From an uncultured virus (IMG/VR IMGVR_UViG_3300042564_000716) (taxonomy: Duplodnaviria > Heunggongvirae > Uroviricota > Caudoviricetes), in IMG/VR virus record IMGVR_UViG_3300042564_000716: a DNA stretch of 64,000 bases. One strand, given 5' to 3'. The number at the start of each line of letters is the position of its first letter. Within the stretch, counting starts at the first letter, position 1. The position numbers were made by a program, and so were the translations under genes. Below are positions 1-10,148 of the stretch, piece by piece. Under the pieces are notes generated by a model. That model did not search any database and was not told the origin of the DNA. It saw only the letters and a program-made list of their open reading frames with translations.

Positions 1-3000
1 GCCCGGCGCATGCTGGGGTCCTGCTGCTTTTGATAGATGCCTTCCAGCTCGCGTCCTGTGAAGAACGAGTAGTTGGTCCATGCTTCCAACAAAGGTTTGG
101 CAGCTTGCGGGATAGGCACCACACGGCCGACGTACTGCTCGAAGATGTAGGACAAAGCTGTGCGGGTTGCCTCCCATGCCTCTTGCTCCTCTGGGGTGCC
201 TTGGCGGCGCATGTACTCGACGATGCGCTCGGGGACGACCTTGAACAGCGCGCCCAGTTCGGTTGGTACGCCGATCTTGAACCCGCCCGGCAGTATCCAG
301 TTGCTGTCCCGAGTCCGCAGGTCCATCTCGTTGTACTCTTCGTCGTCATCCCCCTTGCCGAGTGCGTAAAACGTGCTCAGTGTCATGGCGATAGCCGCGC
401 GGTTGTAGAACATGCGACGCGCTTGGGCCCGGCCCACTGAGGAGCTGGAGTCCTTGCCGGATGCGGCGCGGTACAGCACGTCCATACCTTGGATGTATGC
501 GTTGAAAAACGGGATGGTGGTCACCATGGCACCGACAAAATCAGATGAGCCACGGCGGCGGAAGTTGATGAACTCTCGGGCCCGGGTCTGCGCCAGCAGT
601 TGGTCTTTGGACTCGTTGATGGTCTGGTCGTAGATGGCCTTGCGCACGGCCAAGTCAGACGCCCGGGTGATGCCCTCCAGCCGGTGCATGAGGGTCTCGA
701 ACTTACCGCGTGGGCGGTAGCCAAGGTCTTTGAGCAGTGACACTGCGGGTTTACCCTGCTGAAAGTCGAATTCACCCGTCAGGCCCAGAGCCTCCATCGC
801 GCTTACAGTGGGGTGGCGGATACCGCGCAGTTCGGCCAGCGCCAGCCCGCCGAAGTTAGAGAGCGTCATGCGCAGCAGTGCGCCGGGGTTCTTCACACCG
901 GAGGTCATGATGGCCCGCTGCACGTCGTCTGTTACCTGCTTGAGCGCGAAGGGCGGCAGGATCGTCACCGACTTGCGCAGCACGTTGGACACTTGGCCCA
1001 GCACCTGCAGCCACTTGGCCTTGGGTGGGTTGAGTTCTTGGAACGCTGCCACATCGTAGCTGGACGGCAGGTCCCAGTACATGAGCTCGCCCTTGACGTA
1101 TGCCTTGGCTGTGCGGTGCTTGGTGCCGGGCATGCGCGACGGCTTGCTGGTGTACCCTAAGTCCTCCAGACTGCGCAGGGTTTGCACCCGGGCATCGTTG
1201 GTCATGACTTGGCCGACCATCCAGCCCATGGTGTTGAGGTAGTTCTCGAACACGTTGCCCACGGGCCGCGTGAAGGAGCCCTTGAGTTCAGGGTTCTTGG
1301 TCAGCATCAATGGGGAACGGCCAGTGGTCTTCTTGACTGCAGTGAAGCGCTCTGCGAAATCGTCAATGCGGTCGAACGGCACGTAGCCGATCACGGACTT
1401 CCACTCGTCGCCCTGCTCCTTGGACAGCCTGCCCACCTTCACCATCTGGTCGACCAGCGCGACACGGGGCTTGTCCATGGCAGCAGACATCTTTGCAAAC
1501 GCTGGGTCTGCGTTGTACTCGGCCACCAGCAGCGCACGGTCTGAGTCTTTAATGTGTTTGGGGAAGTCAGGGTTGTCCTTGAGCACCTGCTCCAGACGGT
1601 AGGCTTCGATGACCCGGCTGGCGAACTGCTCGGCGCGCTCTTTGCTGCGGCCGGTGCGCTCGCCCCATGCGTAGATCATTGGGAACACATCGGTGGGCGC
1701 ACTGCCGTCCTTGGCCTTGGTCACCTTGTATTGGCCTGTTTCCGCCTCCTTTTGCAAGGAGCCTTCTTGGAAGTACGCCAGCAGCAGCTTGGAGTAATCT
1801 TGCGCCTGACGGTACAGGCCCATGGGGTTGAGCTTGCCCATGCTGTCGCGCACAGCGCCGTTGAAATGCCCACTGAGTTTGTCCTCGACGGCAGCAGCAG
1901 AGTCGGCTACAGCCACGCGGAACTTGACCCCACGGCCCGGCTCGGCCGCGCTGCGCTCGCTGTCCTGCGCCCCTTTGAACATGCCCAGCACGCCGCGCTT
2001 GTCGTTTGGCGTCAGGTCGCCCATGCTGTCCACCACATCGTCTGCGGTGTAGGTTTTGGAAAACTCTTCCTTGCTCAACGTGCGGCTTTGACTTTCCACC
2101 GGGGTGAAATCTGCTGGGCCCATCTTGTTCAAAAAGTCTGCAACCGCTTTGTTTGGCGGGTACTTACGGCCGGTAACGAGCGCAACCAAATCCCGCATCT
2201 TCTGTGCCACCTTGGAGAAGAACTTCTCGGTGATGGTCAGCGGCTTTTCGTTGGTTGTAGCCCAGCGGGACACGTTGTCTGCAAACCACTCAGCATAGGA
2301 AGACCAATAGGAATTAAACCCGGGCATGTCGGCAGCGGCTTTTGCGCCCGCAGGGCCTTCCAGCAGTGCGTCTTGCGATGCCACGTCCTCTCGGTTACGC
2401 AGGGAGTTCATGAACTCCTTGACGTCCATCTTTTTGGTTTTCTCCAGCCAAGCTTTGTACTCTGCGTCGAGCGCCTGTCGAGTTGAAGCGTCCGCAAGAC
2501 TTAGCAAGTGGTGCTCAATGATGTGGCCCATCTCATGCGAAATGGTTTCCAGCGTATACGACTCACTGCGGTTAGGCCGAATGAACATGCCATACTGGCT
2601 GCGCTCGTCGTTGAGCGGGCGCACCGCTCCCTGCAGGTCACGGCTTCGGTACTTCTGCAGTGTTGGGAAGTCTTTGCCGTAAAGTTTGTATTTCTCCGCG
2701 CCAGCCGCTCCCTGCGTGTCAGTATCAATGTACATAAACACTTTGATGTTGCCCAACCCGAGGGACTGCATCAGATCGTTCAGGTACTGCACGTACTTGG
2801 CGTCGATAGACTCGCTACCAATGACGCTTTTGCTTGTTCCAGTAAACGGGCCGTCAGGGTACTTGGCCGCGTTGGCGGCGTCGTCCGTTGCGGCTTTCCG
2901 GGCTTCTGCGCGAAGTTTGCGCTGCTGCTCCGCCGTGAGCACGCGCTCGTTGGTAATGGACTCAATCGGCGTAGTGACCATATACCCAGTACGATCCATG

Positions 3001-5669
3001 CCGTAGTACCGGGGCGTGTCCATACCGTCAAGCGCCCGCACCAGCGCCACTTCATCATCAACGTACACAACGGATTGGCTGCCGACTACCTTTTCGTCGG
3101 CCCACGAACGCTGGCGGGGCTCGGGCTTGGCTTCCACTGGTTCAGGCTTGACCTCTGCCTTTGGCGCAAGTTTTGCCTTTGGCTCCGCCTTAACTTTGGC
3201 CTCCTTGGTCACTTTCCCTTTGGCATCGAACAGCGCGCCTTGGGTGTCGGGAACATCACCTTCCTGCTCAATCTCCTCAAACAGCGCCGCCAGCTCACTG
3301 GTATCGCCTTCGTCTGCTTGCTCTTTGGCTTTTATGTATTCAGTGGCACGCTTGTCGTCAATCGGCTGCACCAGCATCTGCTTGCCGCGCTTCACTTCGC
3401 CAGTGCGTGCATCAACCCCAATAGGCTCGAAGAACGCGGAGGGGATGGCGCGAGTAGGCTTGGCTTTGCCGGTGGGTTTTTCTTTTTCCGCAGGGATCGG
3501 CGCGGCGGGTGCTTGGCGTGGGCGGGTCCGGTCCAGCGCAGCAGTGAACATCGGCTCAAACCCGGGAGCGGCCAGCGCGTCCGTAAGAAACTCGTTGACG
3601 GCCTCATGCTCCACATGCGCAGGGTCGCGGCGAATACGGGCGACTCCATCCAGTGCCGACTCCAGTTGCGACTTAGTTTTTGCCTGCGACAGCGTAACTA
3701 CAGCAGGGGACTGCTCGTACGCTTTAGGCGCGTCTTCCTCGACTGAAACGGGCTTTGGTGGTTTTGCAGGAGTTACTGCAGCAGGCTCTGTTCTTTGAGG
3801 CGCAACTCTCGGTACAACAGGCCGTCCAGCAGGTACCAATCCGCGTCCGTCAGGTGTGACAGGTTCTCCGGTGGGTGCGGGTACTCCGGCTCCGGGTTCA
3901 GGTGCGACGGGGGCGGCAGGTTCACTAGGAACTCCCACGCTTGACTCACCAGCTCGGGGCTCATCTCGCTGCTCAACTGCAGGCGTCGGGGCAGGGGTCG
4001 GCTCACTAGGTTTCTCCTCAAACGGCGCTGGCTGAGGGGCCAGCAGCTCACGCAAAATCTTGGCTCGGGGGTTCTGGCCCTTGGTCAGCTCAGGCTGGCG
4101 TTTCACAAGCTGCTGCAGCTCAGGCACGGTCTTGCCCACCACATTCTGCTCGAACCATGGTTGCATGCCAACGCGTAAGGGAATGCCGATGTCTTGGACG
4201 TTCTGCATGGACAACTCACCCGGGCGGGCCGGGATTGTCAGGTCACGATTGGGCTCTCGGCCTTCTGGCACTGTGCGCAGCGGCAGTTTGTACTGCAGGG
4301 GAGCCTTCTCTTTGGTCGAGCGCAGCGTAGGCTCCGCGATATCCGCGCCGGGTTCGGCCGGTGGGGTGCCGAGGTCTTCGCCCGGGAACAACTCGCCCTG
4401 CGTGCGGGCCTTGACCTCATCGGGCTGGGTCAGCAGATCAGGCGCTTCGGCCAGCGCCGGGAACTTCTTGCGGGTGGCGGCGTCTTCGGCGGCTGCAGCG
4501 GCAGTCAGCTCCTTCTCGGCACGGATGCTCTCAATGTCGCTCTGCGTGTACAGCGCCATCTGCTCGGCCAGCTCGGCGACTCGGGCCTTGACCTCTGGGG
4601 TCTGGGGCTGCTGGCGCAGGCGCTCGCGCTCCGTGGCCATGTCGGCGTACTCGCGCTGAAAGTCGAGGCCAAGGTCTTGCTGCCCTTCGGGTACGGCCGT
4701 GGCCGCAGGGGGCTCGGCCGGTTCTTTAGCGCGAACCACGGGGTTACCGAACAGGTCCCGATCGGGCTCGGCGGGGGCGGCGCGCTCGTCCGGCGCAAGC
4801 AACTCGCCCTGAACGCCCGGGGCGGTAACCAAGGGGAGGCTGGGGGCTGCTGGCTGCTCTCCAGTGGGCGCAGGGGCTGCGCCGCGTGCACGTCGGCCGA
4901 TCGCCAAGTCCATTAAACCCTGCACGATCGCACCGGTTGCGCCGCCGTAGGCAGCTTGTTCCCCCAGCCCCTCAATGAGCGCTTGCTCTGGCTTGTAGAT
5001 GCCTTTGGCAATCATGTTCTGGGCCAAGCCCGATGCGACTTCCTGCGCGGCTTCTTCACCGCCCGCGACAAAGGCACGTTTGACGGCCTCCACCCCTGCA
5101 GCTTTGGACGCTGTGGGAATACGGGACAGAATACGGATGGGGGCAAATGCTTCCAGTGCGCCGGGGATAATACCCAAGGCTGTGGCTGTGCTTCGCTGGT
5201 CTCCAGTGGCTCCGGCTTCTTCTGCGCGTGTGCGAGACTCACCAGCGCCAGCACCAACACCCAGACCTACGGCCGCAGCGCGACCGGCCAAGCCAAAGGG
5301 GCCTGCAAGTAGGAATGGTGCGGTAGAGCCCACTGCCTCACTCAGCTTACGCGTGACCGAATCTTCGTATCCGGGTGCTGCGGCAAACGGTTCTTTGACA
5401 GCAGTGGCTACCGACTTGATCTTCTCCCGGGCGGATTTCTCCATGTCCTCGGGCAGCAGCGCCGATGCACCTGTGGCAGCGCTTTCCAACAGATTGACTG
5501 CGCCGGGCACGAGGCCCTTGAACGCTTCTTTGACGTTGCCAAGCACCGTGGTTTGCGGGGCCCCAAGGTCGGGAAACTGTTGCCGGATGATGGCAGCAGC
5601 TTTGTCCTTTGATACGTCGTCTGGGAACTCTACGGTTCGGCCATCGGGCAAAGCTACTGTGTACGCCAT
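1..5669 (-). CDS. Large polyvalent-type virion/ejection protein, >1880 aa, truncated at the window edge; zincin-like HExxH domain and C-terminal LPD38-like domain
   Basis: ATG at 5669 (MAYTVALPDGRTVEFPDD). The same frame is open at the segments I translated and at the window edge, which explains its absence from the ORF track. It contains LETISHEMGHIIEH near 2520-2555, and its C-terminal part (EEYNEMDLRTRDSNWILPGGFKIGVPTELGALFKVVPE...LEAWTNYSFFTGRELEG) resembles LPD38. Last gene of the structural operon. Confidence 0.8.
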   Translation of the reverse strand, partial: MAYTVALPDGRTVEFPDDVSKDKAAAIIRQQFPDLGAPQTTVLGNVKEAFKGLVPGAVNLLESAATGASALLPEDMEKSAREKIKSVATAVKEPFAAAPGYEDSVTRKLSEAVGSTAPFLLAGPFGLAGRAAAVGLGVGAGAGESRTRAEEAGATGDQRSTATALGIIPGALEAFAPIRILSRIPTASKAAGVEAVKRAFVAGGEEAAQEVASGLAQNMIAKGIYKPEQALIEGLGEQAAYGGATGAIVQGLMDLAIGRRARGAAPAPTGEQPAAPSLPLVTAPGVQGELLAPDERAAPAEPDRDLFGNPVVRAKEPAEPPAATAVPEGQQDLGLDFQREYADMATERERLRQQPQTPEVKARVAELAEQMALYTQSDIESIRAEKELTAAAAAEDAATRKKFPALAEAPDLLTQPDEVKARTQGELFPGEDLGTPPAEPGADIAEPTLRSTKEKAPLQYKLPLRTVPEGREPNRDLTIPARPGELSMQNVQDIGIPLRVGMQPWFEQNVVGKTVPELQQLVKRQPELTKGQNPRAKILRELLAPQPAPFEEKPSEPTPAPTPAVEQRDEPRAGESSVGVPSEPAAPVAPEPGAGVPAPTGEPVTPDGRGLVPAGRPVVPRVAPQRTEPAAVTPAKPPKPVSVEEDAPKAYEQSPAVVTLSQAKTKSQLESALDGVARIRRDPAHVEHEAVNEFLTDALAAPGFEPMFTAALDRTRPRQAPAAPIPAEKEKPTGKAKPTRAIPSAFFEPIGVDARTGEVKRGKQMLVQPIDDKRATEYIKAKEQADEGDTSELAALFEEIEQEGDVPDTQGALFDAKGKVTKEAKVKAEPKAKLAPKAEVKPEPVEAKPEPRQRSWADEKVVGSQSVVYVDDEVALVRALDGMDTPRYYGMDRTGYMVTTPIESITNERVLTAEQQRKLRAEARKAATDDAANAAKYPDGPFTGTSKSVIGSESIDAKYVQYLNDLMQSLGLGNIKVFMYIDTDTQGAAGAEKYKLYGKDFPTLQKYRSRDLQGAVRPLNDERSQYGMFIRPNRSESYTLETISHEMGHIIEHHLLSLADASTRQALDAEYKAWLEKTKKMDVKEFMNSLRNREDVASQDALLEGPAGAKAAADMPGFNSYWSSYAEWFADNVSRWATTNEKPLTITEKFFSKVAQKMRDLVALVTGRKYPPNKAVADFLNKMGPADFTPVESQSRTLSKEEFSKTYTADDVVDSMGDLTPNDKRGVLGMFKGAQDSERSAAEPGRGVKFRVAVADSAAAVEDKLSGHFNGAVRDSMGKLNPMGLYRQAQDYSKLLLAYFQEGSLQKEAETGQYKVTKAKDGSAPTDVFPMIYAWGERTGRSKERAEQFASRVIEAYRLEQVLKDNPDFPKHIKDSDRALLVAEYNADPAFAKMSAAMDKPRVALVDQMVKVGRLSKEQGDEWKSVIGYVPFDRIDDFAERFTAVKKTTGRSPLMLTKNPELKGSFTRPVGNVFENYLNTMGWMVGQVMTNDARVQTLRSLEDLGYTSKPSRMPGTKHRTAKAYVKGELMYWDLPSSYDVAAFQELNPPKAKWLQVLGQVSNVLRKSVTILPPFALKQVTDDVQRAIMTSGVKNPGALLRMTLSNFGGLALAELRGIRHPTVSAMEALGLTGEFDFQQGKPAVSLLKDLGYRPRGKFETLMHRLEGITRASDLAVRKAIYDQTINESKDQLLAQTRAREFINFRRRGSSDFVGAMVTTIPFFNAYIQGMDVLYRAASGKDSSSSVGRAQARRMFYNRAAIAMTLSTFYALGKGDDDEEYNEMDLRTRDSNWILPGGFKIGVPTELGALFKVVPERIVEYMRRQGTPEEQEAWEATRTALSYIFEQYVGRVVPIPQAAKPLLEAWTNYSFFTGRELEGIYQKQQDPSMRR
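3773..3964 (-). CDS. Putative overprinted 63-aa protein nested in another frame of the giant gene
   Basis: MSPELVSQAWEFLVNLPPP...HLTDADWYLLDGLLYRELRLKEQSLLQ has a globular, helical pattern, and the host frame here is a low-complexity Pro/Ala linker. Confidence 0.5.
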   Translation of the reverse strand: MSPELVSQAWEFLVNLPPPSHLNPEPEYPHPPENLSHLTDADWYLLDGLLYRELRLKEQSLLQ

Positions 5670-5677
5670 CTGCTACC

Positions 5678-7540
5678 TCATTCAATTTTCCCCGTGGCGG
5701 GGTTGTATTTAAGACTGGTTCCGCCGGGGCCTGCTGCGCCGGGGGCTGGTAGCATTGTATCCAGTCCAGCCATTTTGGTAATCGCAGCCTCTACTGCACC
5801 CAGCTTGGTCTGCAGCGCAGCGCGCTCAGCCTTGTTGAACGTGGTCTTCATCTGGTTGGTGTACTGCGTCTGCAGGGCTTTCAACTCAGCCAACTGCTGT
5901 TTGTCGGCCCCACCACCCGCGCCACTCGTCCGGGCAGCCGCACCGATATTGGCCACCCTGATGTCTTTCACCATCTCCTCGCGGCGCAGCTCTGCCTGCT
6001 GCTTGAGCTCCAGCAGCTTGAGCGTTTCTTGCTGGGCCATCTTGCGGGTTTCCGTTTCGTTATTGCTAACTTGCTTGGCGGCTTCGTACTGGGCTTTGAA
6101 GATTTGGTCGAACTCTTTCTCGCCAACACCATACAGCTCTTTGGCGTATGCCCGAGCGCCGTCAATCTTGCCTTGCTCCTGCTCAATGATTTTGGTGCCA
6201 AGGTCAAAGCGTTTCTGGGCGCGCTGCTCCTCTAAGCCGCGCACGCCACGCGCACCGGTAGCGCCAGCTTGGAACGAAGACATGCCATTGGGCGCGGCCG
6301 AGATTTGCCCGAGGTACTCCATGAGTTGCCCCCATTGATCCTTTGGACCGGACTGGCGATCTCGCTCTCCCTGCAACTGCTTGATCATTGCATCGCGCTG
6401 CGTGGTGTCTGGAGCGCCAACTCGGGACCCGTACATCATCTCCTTGTTAGCAGCAGCAACTTGCGGGTCTTGCATCATGCGCTCGGCCAGAATTCGATCT
6501 GCGTCTGACTGAGGTGGTGGCATAGCGCTAGAAACTGCAACGGGTGGTGCTGCCTCTTCAACAGGTGGGCGGGTTACCTCTTGCCGCTTTTGAGCGGCAG
6601 CCAACGCCTTTAGGTCGGCCACTGGTTTCGGTGCGGGTGGAGCGCTGCGTACTGCTGCATCGGCCGCGTTGATTGCAGCACGGTTCTCCGCTGCGGTTCG
6701 GCCCGTCGTGGCAACTTCGTTTTTGGCATCCCGAGCGCGCGCTACATCCGTAAACGGCGTCATGCTTTCTGGGTCGGCCCCTTCTGGTGTCAGCTTTGGC
6801 GACAAGTAAGCGGCGTTTACGCCCGCAGCGCGCATTGGGCGGACAACTGCAGTGTCATACGCGCCGACCAGCCCCCTTGGCACCATGGTTGCAACGTCAG
6901 CAATGGCGCGGCCAGCCGATTCGCTACCGCCGCGCAGCGTCTCCAGCAACTTAGCAATGGCTGAGCGGTCTGCCGCTGCCTGCGCGTCAAGCGGCTTGTC
7001 CGGCTCGCGCTTCTTACGCTCCGCTGCCTCGCGGTTTTCGCGGTTCATCCGGTCGTAAGGCGTTTCGTATTCTTCGCCCTCGTCGCCACCTTTTTTGAAC
7101 GCAATGATGCCGCCCTCGGCCATATCAAAATTCACAGGCAGCTCGTCAATGCCTTGCGCGCCGGGCTGGGCTTCGGCAAACTGCGTCCCTTCTGGGACGG
7201 GGCCCGGGCCAGCTTGCTGCATCAGCGCTTGAAGACCTTGCTGTTGCTGCTGGGCCTGCAGGGCCTGAGCCTCCATCTTCTGGCGCGCTTGCTCCTGCAC
7301 GGATTCCATGACGGTGGGGGGCTTGCCTTGCGGGCCTTGCATCTGGGCGAGTTGGCTCAGGGCCTGCTGCTTGGCCATGGCATCTTTTTCGTTCGTGACG
7401 ATGTTTAACGCCATAAGCTTTTGCAGGTCAGGAGGCAGCCCGGGCTTGCCCTGCTGTTCTTGTTGAATACGCTGCTGGAGCGGTGCGGGGTTCCCACGGA
7501 ACAGTGAGGCAATGCCTTGAGCGCTGGGTTGTTGGGCCAT
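5678..7540 (-). CDS. Putative internal virion/ejection protein (620 aa, Gln/Ala-rich coiled coil)
   Basis: Long ORF, helical composition, sits among ejection genes, carries MAEGG/FKKGG motifs. Confidence 0.65.
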   Translation of the reverse strand: MAQQPSAQGIASLFRGNPAPLQQRIQQEQQGKPGLPPDLQKLMALNIVTNEKDAMAKQQALSQLAQMQGPQGKPPTVMESVQEQARQKMEAQALQAQQQQQGLQALMQQAGPGPVPEGTQFAEAQPGAQGIDELPVNFDMAEGGIIAFKKGGDEGEEYETPYDRMNRENREAAERKKREPDKPLDAQAAADRSAIAKLLETLRGGSESAGRAIADVATMVPRGLVGAYDTAVVRPMRAAGVNAAYLSPKLTPEGADPESMTPFTDVARARDAKNEVATTGRTAAENRAAINAADAAVRSAPPAPKPVADLKALAAAQKRQEVTRPPVEEAAPPVAVSSAMPPPQSDADRILAERMMQDPQVAAANKEMMYGSRVGAPDTTQRDAMIKQLQGERDRQSGPKDQWGQLMEYLGQISAAPNGMSSFQAGATGARGVRGLEEQRAQKRFDLGTKIIEQEQGKIDGARAYAKELYGVGEKEFDQIFKAQYEAAKQVSNNETETRKMAQQETLKLLELKQQAELRREEMVKDIRVANIGAAARTSGAGGGADKQQLAELKALQTQYTNQMKTTFNKAERAALQTKLGAVEAAITKMAGLDTMLPAPGAAGPGGTSLKYNPATGKIE

Positions 7541-7549
7541 GATCTGTCC

Positions 7550-10147
7550 TTATTTCGTGGTCGCGGGCGTTTCGCCGAGCAAAATTCTCATTGCTTGGTC
7601 TGCGGTCAGTGTTCCATCAGAGAATTTCTGAAGAGCGCTACGAGCCGCTGCGCTGTACGACTGAGATTGCAGTGGCATACCAGACAACAGAGACTGCTCA
7701 AACTGCAGCATCTTGAACGGATTCTCACGAGCCTCTTCAAACTGCTTCTTGTCCGCTGCGATGCCTTCGGACTCAATGCCGCGCTCGATGCCGCCCAGTG
7801 CTGTCAACTGGTTGAGCTGAGAAAGACCCAGATTGCCTTGACTTGTCAGAGCCTGCAACCGATTTGCATCCGCTGCGGAAGCCGCCGCGCTGTTGATCTG
7901 TGAAGCGGTAAGCGCAGCCGACTGGTTTGAAGTGCTGGCCCTAAGCGCCAAATCTGCTGCCGTCTTGGCTTGGTCAGAGCTTTGGCCGTATCCAAATTGA
8001 CCCGCCTGCTCTGTGGCTTTTTGCACATCAAGCGCCCGCAACTGGTCTGCATTGAACTGATCCATGGCCTTGTTGTAGGCGGTGTTGTACCCCGATGTCA
8101 GCAGCTCGTTTTGCTTACCCATCAGGTTGCGACTGCCCTCAGCCTCCATGATGGCTTGACGGCTACCGCCAAAAGCCCCGGCCTTGGTTAACCGACCAGC
8201 GTCACCTATACGAGAAATCTCCGCCTGACGGCGAGCCTCCGCCAGTTGTGGATCAAGCGCAGACTTCAAGTACGGGTTCATGTACTGCTGGGCCTCAGCC
8301 GTACCAAATGTGCCGGTAGAAAACGTCCCGGGTTTATACGCTTCGGGCGCGACATACGTGGACGAAACATTTGACGCGTTGGCACCGCCACCACCTGTTG
8401 GCGCGTAATCTGCCAGACCAGACAGAGCGCTAGTAAGACCGGACGGCCTAGCGCCAGAAGCCATATCAAATGCTTGCGTCTGCAAACCCGAAGCGCCAGC
8501 AGTCAATGGGCCTGTGTATGCCTGATACGGCGCTTTCGCCAGCGCACTGCCCCGACCCATCAGGTCCGTAACGTATTCTCCTGCCCAGTTGGATAGGCTG
8601 GACTCAACGCCGGTAGTCCCCGCCGGAACCTTGGGAGTGGTAGTGGTTACTCCGCCTGCGTCATATCGCTGAACAGAGCCACCCGGCATGAACTTGTTGG
8701 GGTCAATCTGCTTGCCCTGCTCTGTGCTACCCGTCCGGGCTTGACGGATGCTGTCCATCATGGCGTAGAGCTTCTTGGCACCCTTTTCAGCGCTACCACC
8801 GCCAATACGCTTGACCATTGCAGGCGAGATAAATGCTTCGTCATTTGCCACACGAGCCTCCTGAGAGCCGTCAATCGTTGTGGGGATGGAGTCACTCATG
8901 CCATCACCGGCACCCTTGATGGGCTTCGCCCCAAGGTTCTCTGCAAGCAGCTTTAAGCCAGCCTCGGAGCTACCATTGCCGTAGTGGCTGACCACATCGG
9001 CAGGAAGCACAAACCCGTTGCGCTCGAGCCCTTCCGCAATGCCACCCTTCGCAAACTTTGTTGCGTTGTAGCGACTTGTCACCACGTCCGGGCTGACATT
9101 CAAGGCTTCTGCTACTTGTTTTGGTGTTACAAGATTGGCGTCCATCGCAGTGGCAATAGTCTTGTCACTGGCACCTTTGTTGGTATTAAACCAGTTTGTA
9201 ATATCCGCGCTTGCCACAGGCGGAGTCGCAGCGCCGGATCGAGCCAGATCAATCTCCGAGGCCAACTTGGGGTCTGCCGCACGGACTGATTTGACCGTAT
9301 CCCCGAAAGTATCGAGCCCTTTATTCATCCAGTATTGGATGGCAGTTTCATCTGGAGTGAGAACTGCAAGGGGATTGTTTTTATAGGCATCAAGCACTTG
9401 CGCACGAGATGCGGACCCAGAAACGCTTGGAGTTTCGTAAGTTGCTTTTCTGCTAAACGGATTGGCCAGTGCTGCGGCGCGTAGATCGTCCAGCGTGCGT
9501 GCGTTGGACTGCACCACCTCGCCAGCAGCATTTTTAAACGTCACTCCGCCACCATAGTCAATGCCGCTCGAACCGGGACGACGGCCAACTTGGGGGTTGG
9601 TCAGCATCTGGCGCTCGGCGGTGTACTTTGGAATTGTGCCTTGATAGCCGGTTGCAATGCCCGCAGACCCACTGGGCCTTGTGGCCGAATAAAGACCAGC
9701 ACCAACCGAGAGCAGCCGCTTCCAATCAACTTTACCGTCCTTGCCTTTAAACAAGTCCAGAAGTTGCTGGCCCCCCTTTTTAATAAAACCCATCAAACCG
9801 CTGTCGTCTCCGGCAAGGTTTCCCTTGCTGTCTACAAAACCGCCTTTTGTGGTGTCATACGTAAATTCGGTCCCCTTGGAATCTTTGAATGCCACATTGC
9901 CAGAGGCGTCAATCTTGTAAAAATTTCCCAATTCATCTTGCGTCCAACCTTGGCCAACTTCCGTGGGGTTGTCAAGTCCACCCGGTGTCAATGGGCTTGG
10001 GGTTGAGTCTCGCTCTGGAATTTCAGCAGGAAGGTCGGTAGGAGGGGTAACTGGGTCCGAAGGTGGGTCAACAACAACGGGGGTTACCGGGGTCTCACTT
10101 TCGCCGTCATCGTACCAGTTTCCCAGTTCATCTTGTCGCATCGTCAT
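7550..10147 (-). CDS. Putative DNA-ejection/pilot protein (865 aa)
   Basis: Segments QQYMNPY and AGAFGGSRQAIMEAE are typical of podoviral ejection proteins, and the position fits. Confidence 0.65.
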   Translation of the reverse strand: MTMRQDELGNWYDDGESETPVTPVVVDPPSDPVTPPTDLPAEIPERDSTPSPLTPGGLDNPTEVGQGWTQDELGNFYKIDASGNVAFKDSKGTEFTYDTTKGGFVDSKGNLAGDDSGLMGFIKKGGQQLLDLFKGKDGKVDWKRLLSVGAGLYSATRPSGSAGIATGYQGTIPKYTAERQMLTNPQVGRRPGSSGIDYGGGVTFKNAAGEVVQSNARTLDDLRAAALANPFSRKATYETPSVSGSASRAQVLDAYKNNPLAVLTPDETAIQYWMNKGLDTFGDTVKSVRAADPKLASEIDLARSGAATPPVASADITNWFNTNKGASDKTIATAMDANLVTPKQVAEALNVSPDVVTSRYNATKFAKGGIAEGLERNGFVLPADVVSHYGNGSSEAGLKLLAENLGAKPIKGAGDGMSDSIPTTIDGSQEARVANDEAFISPAMVKRIGGGSAEKGAKKLYAMMDSIRQARTGSTEQGKQIDPNKFMPGGSVQRYDAGGVTTTTPKVPAGTTGVESSLSNWAGEYVTDLMGRGSALAKAPYQAYTGPLTAGASGLQTQAFDMASGARPSGLTSALSGLADYAPTGGGGANASNVSSTYVAPEAYKPGTFSTGTFGTAEAQQYMNPYLKSALDPQLAEARRQAEISRIGDAGRLTKAGAFGGSRQAIMEAEGSRNLMGKQNELLTSGYNTAYNKAMDQFNADQLRALDVQKATEQAGQFGYGQSSDQAKTAADLALRASTSNQSAALTASQINSAAASAADANRLQALTSQGNLGLSQLNQLTALGGIERGIESEGIAADKKQFEEARENPFKMLQFEQSLLSGMPLQSQSYSAAARSALQKFSDGTLTADQAMRILLGETPATTK

Positions 10148-10148
10148 A

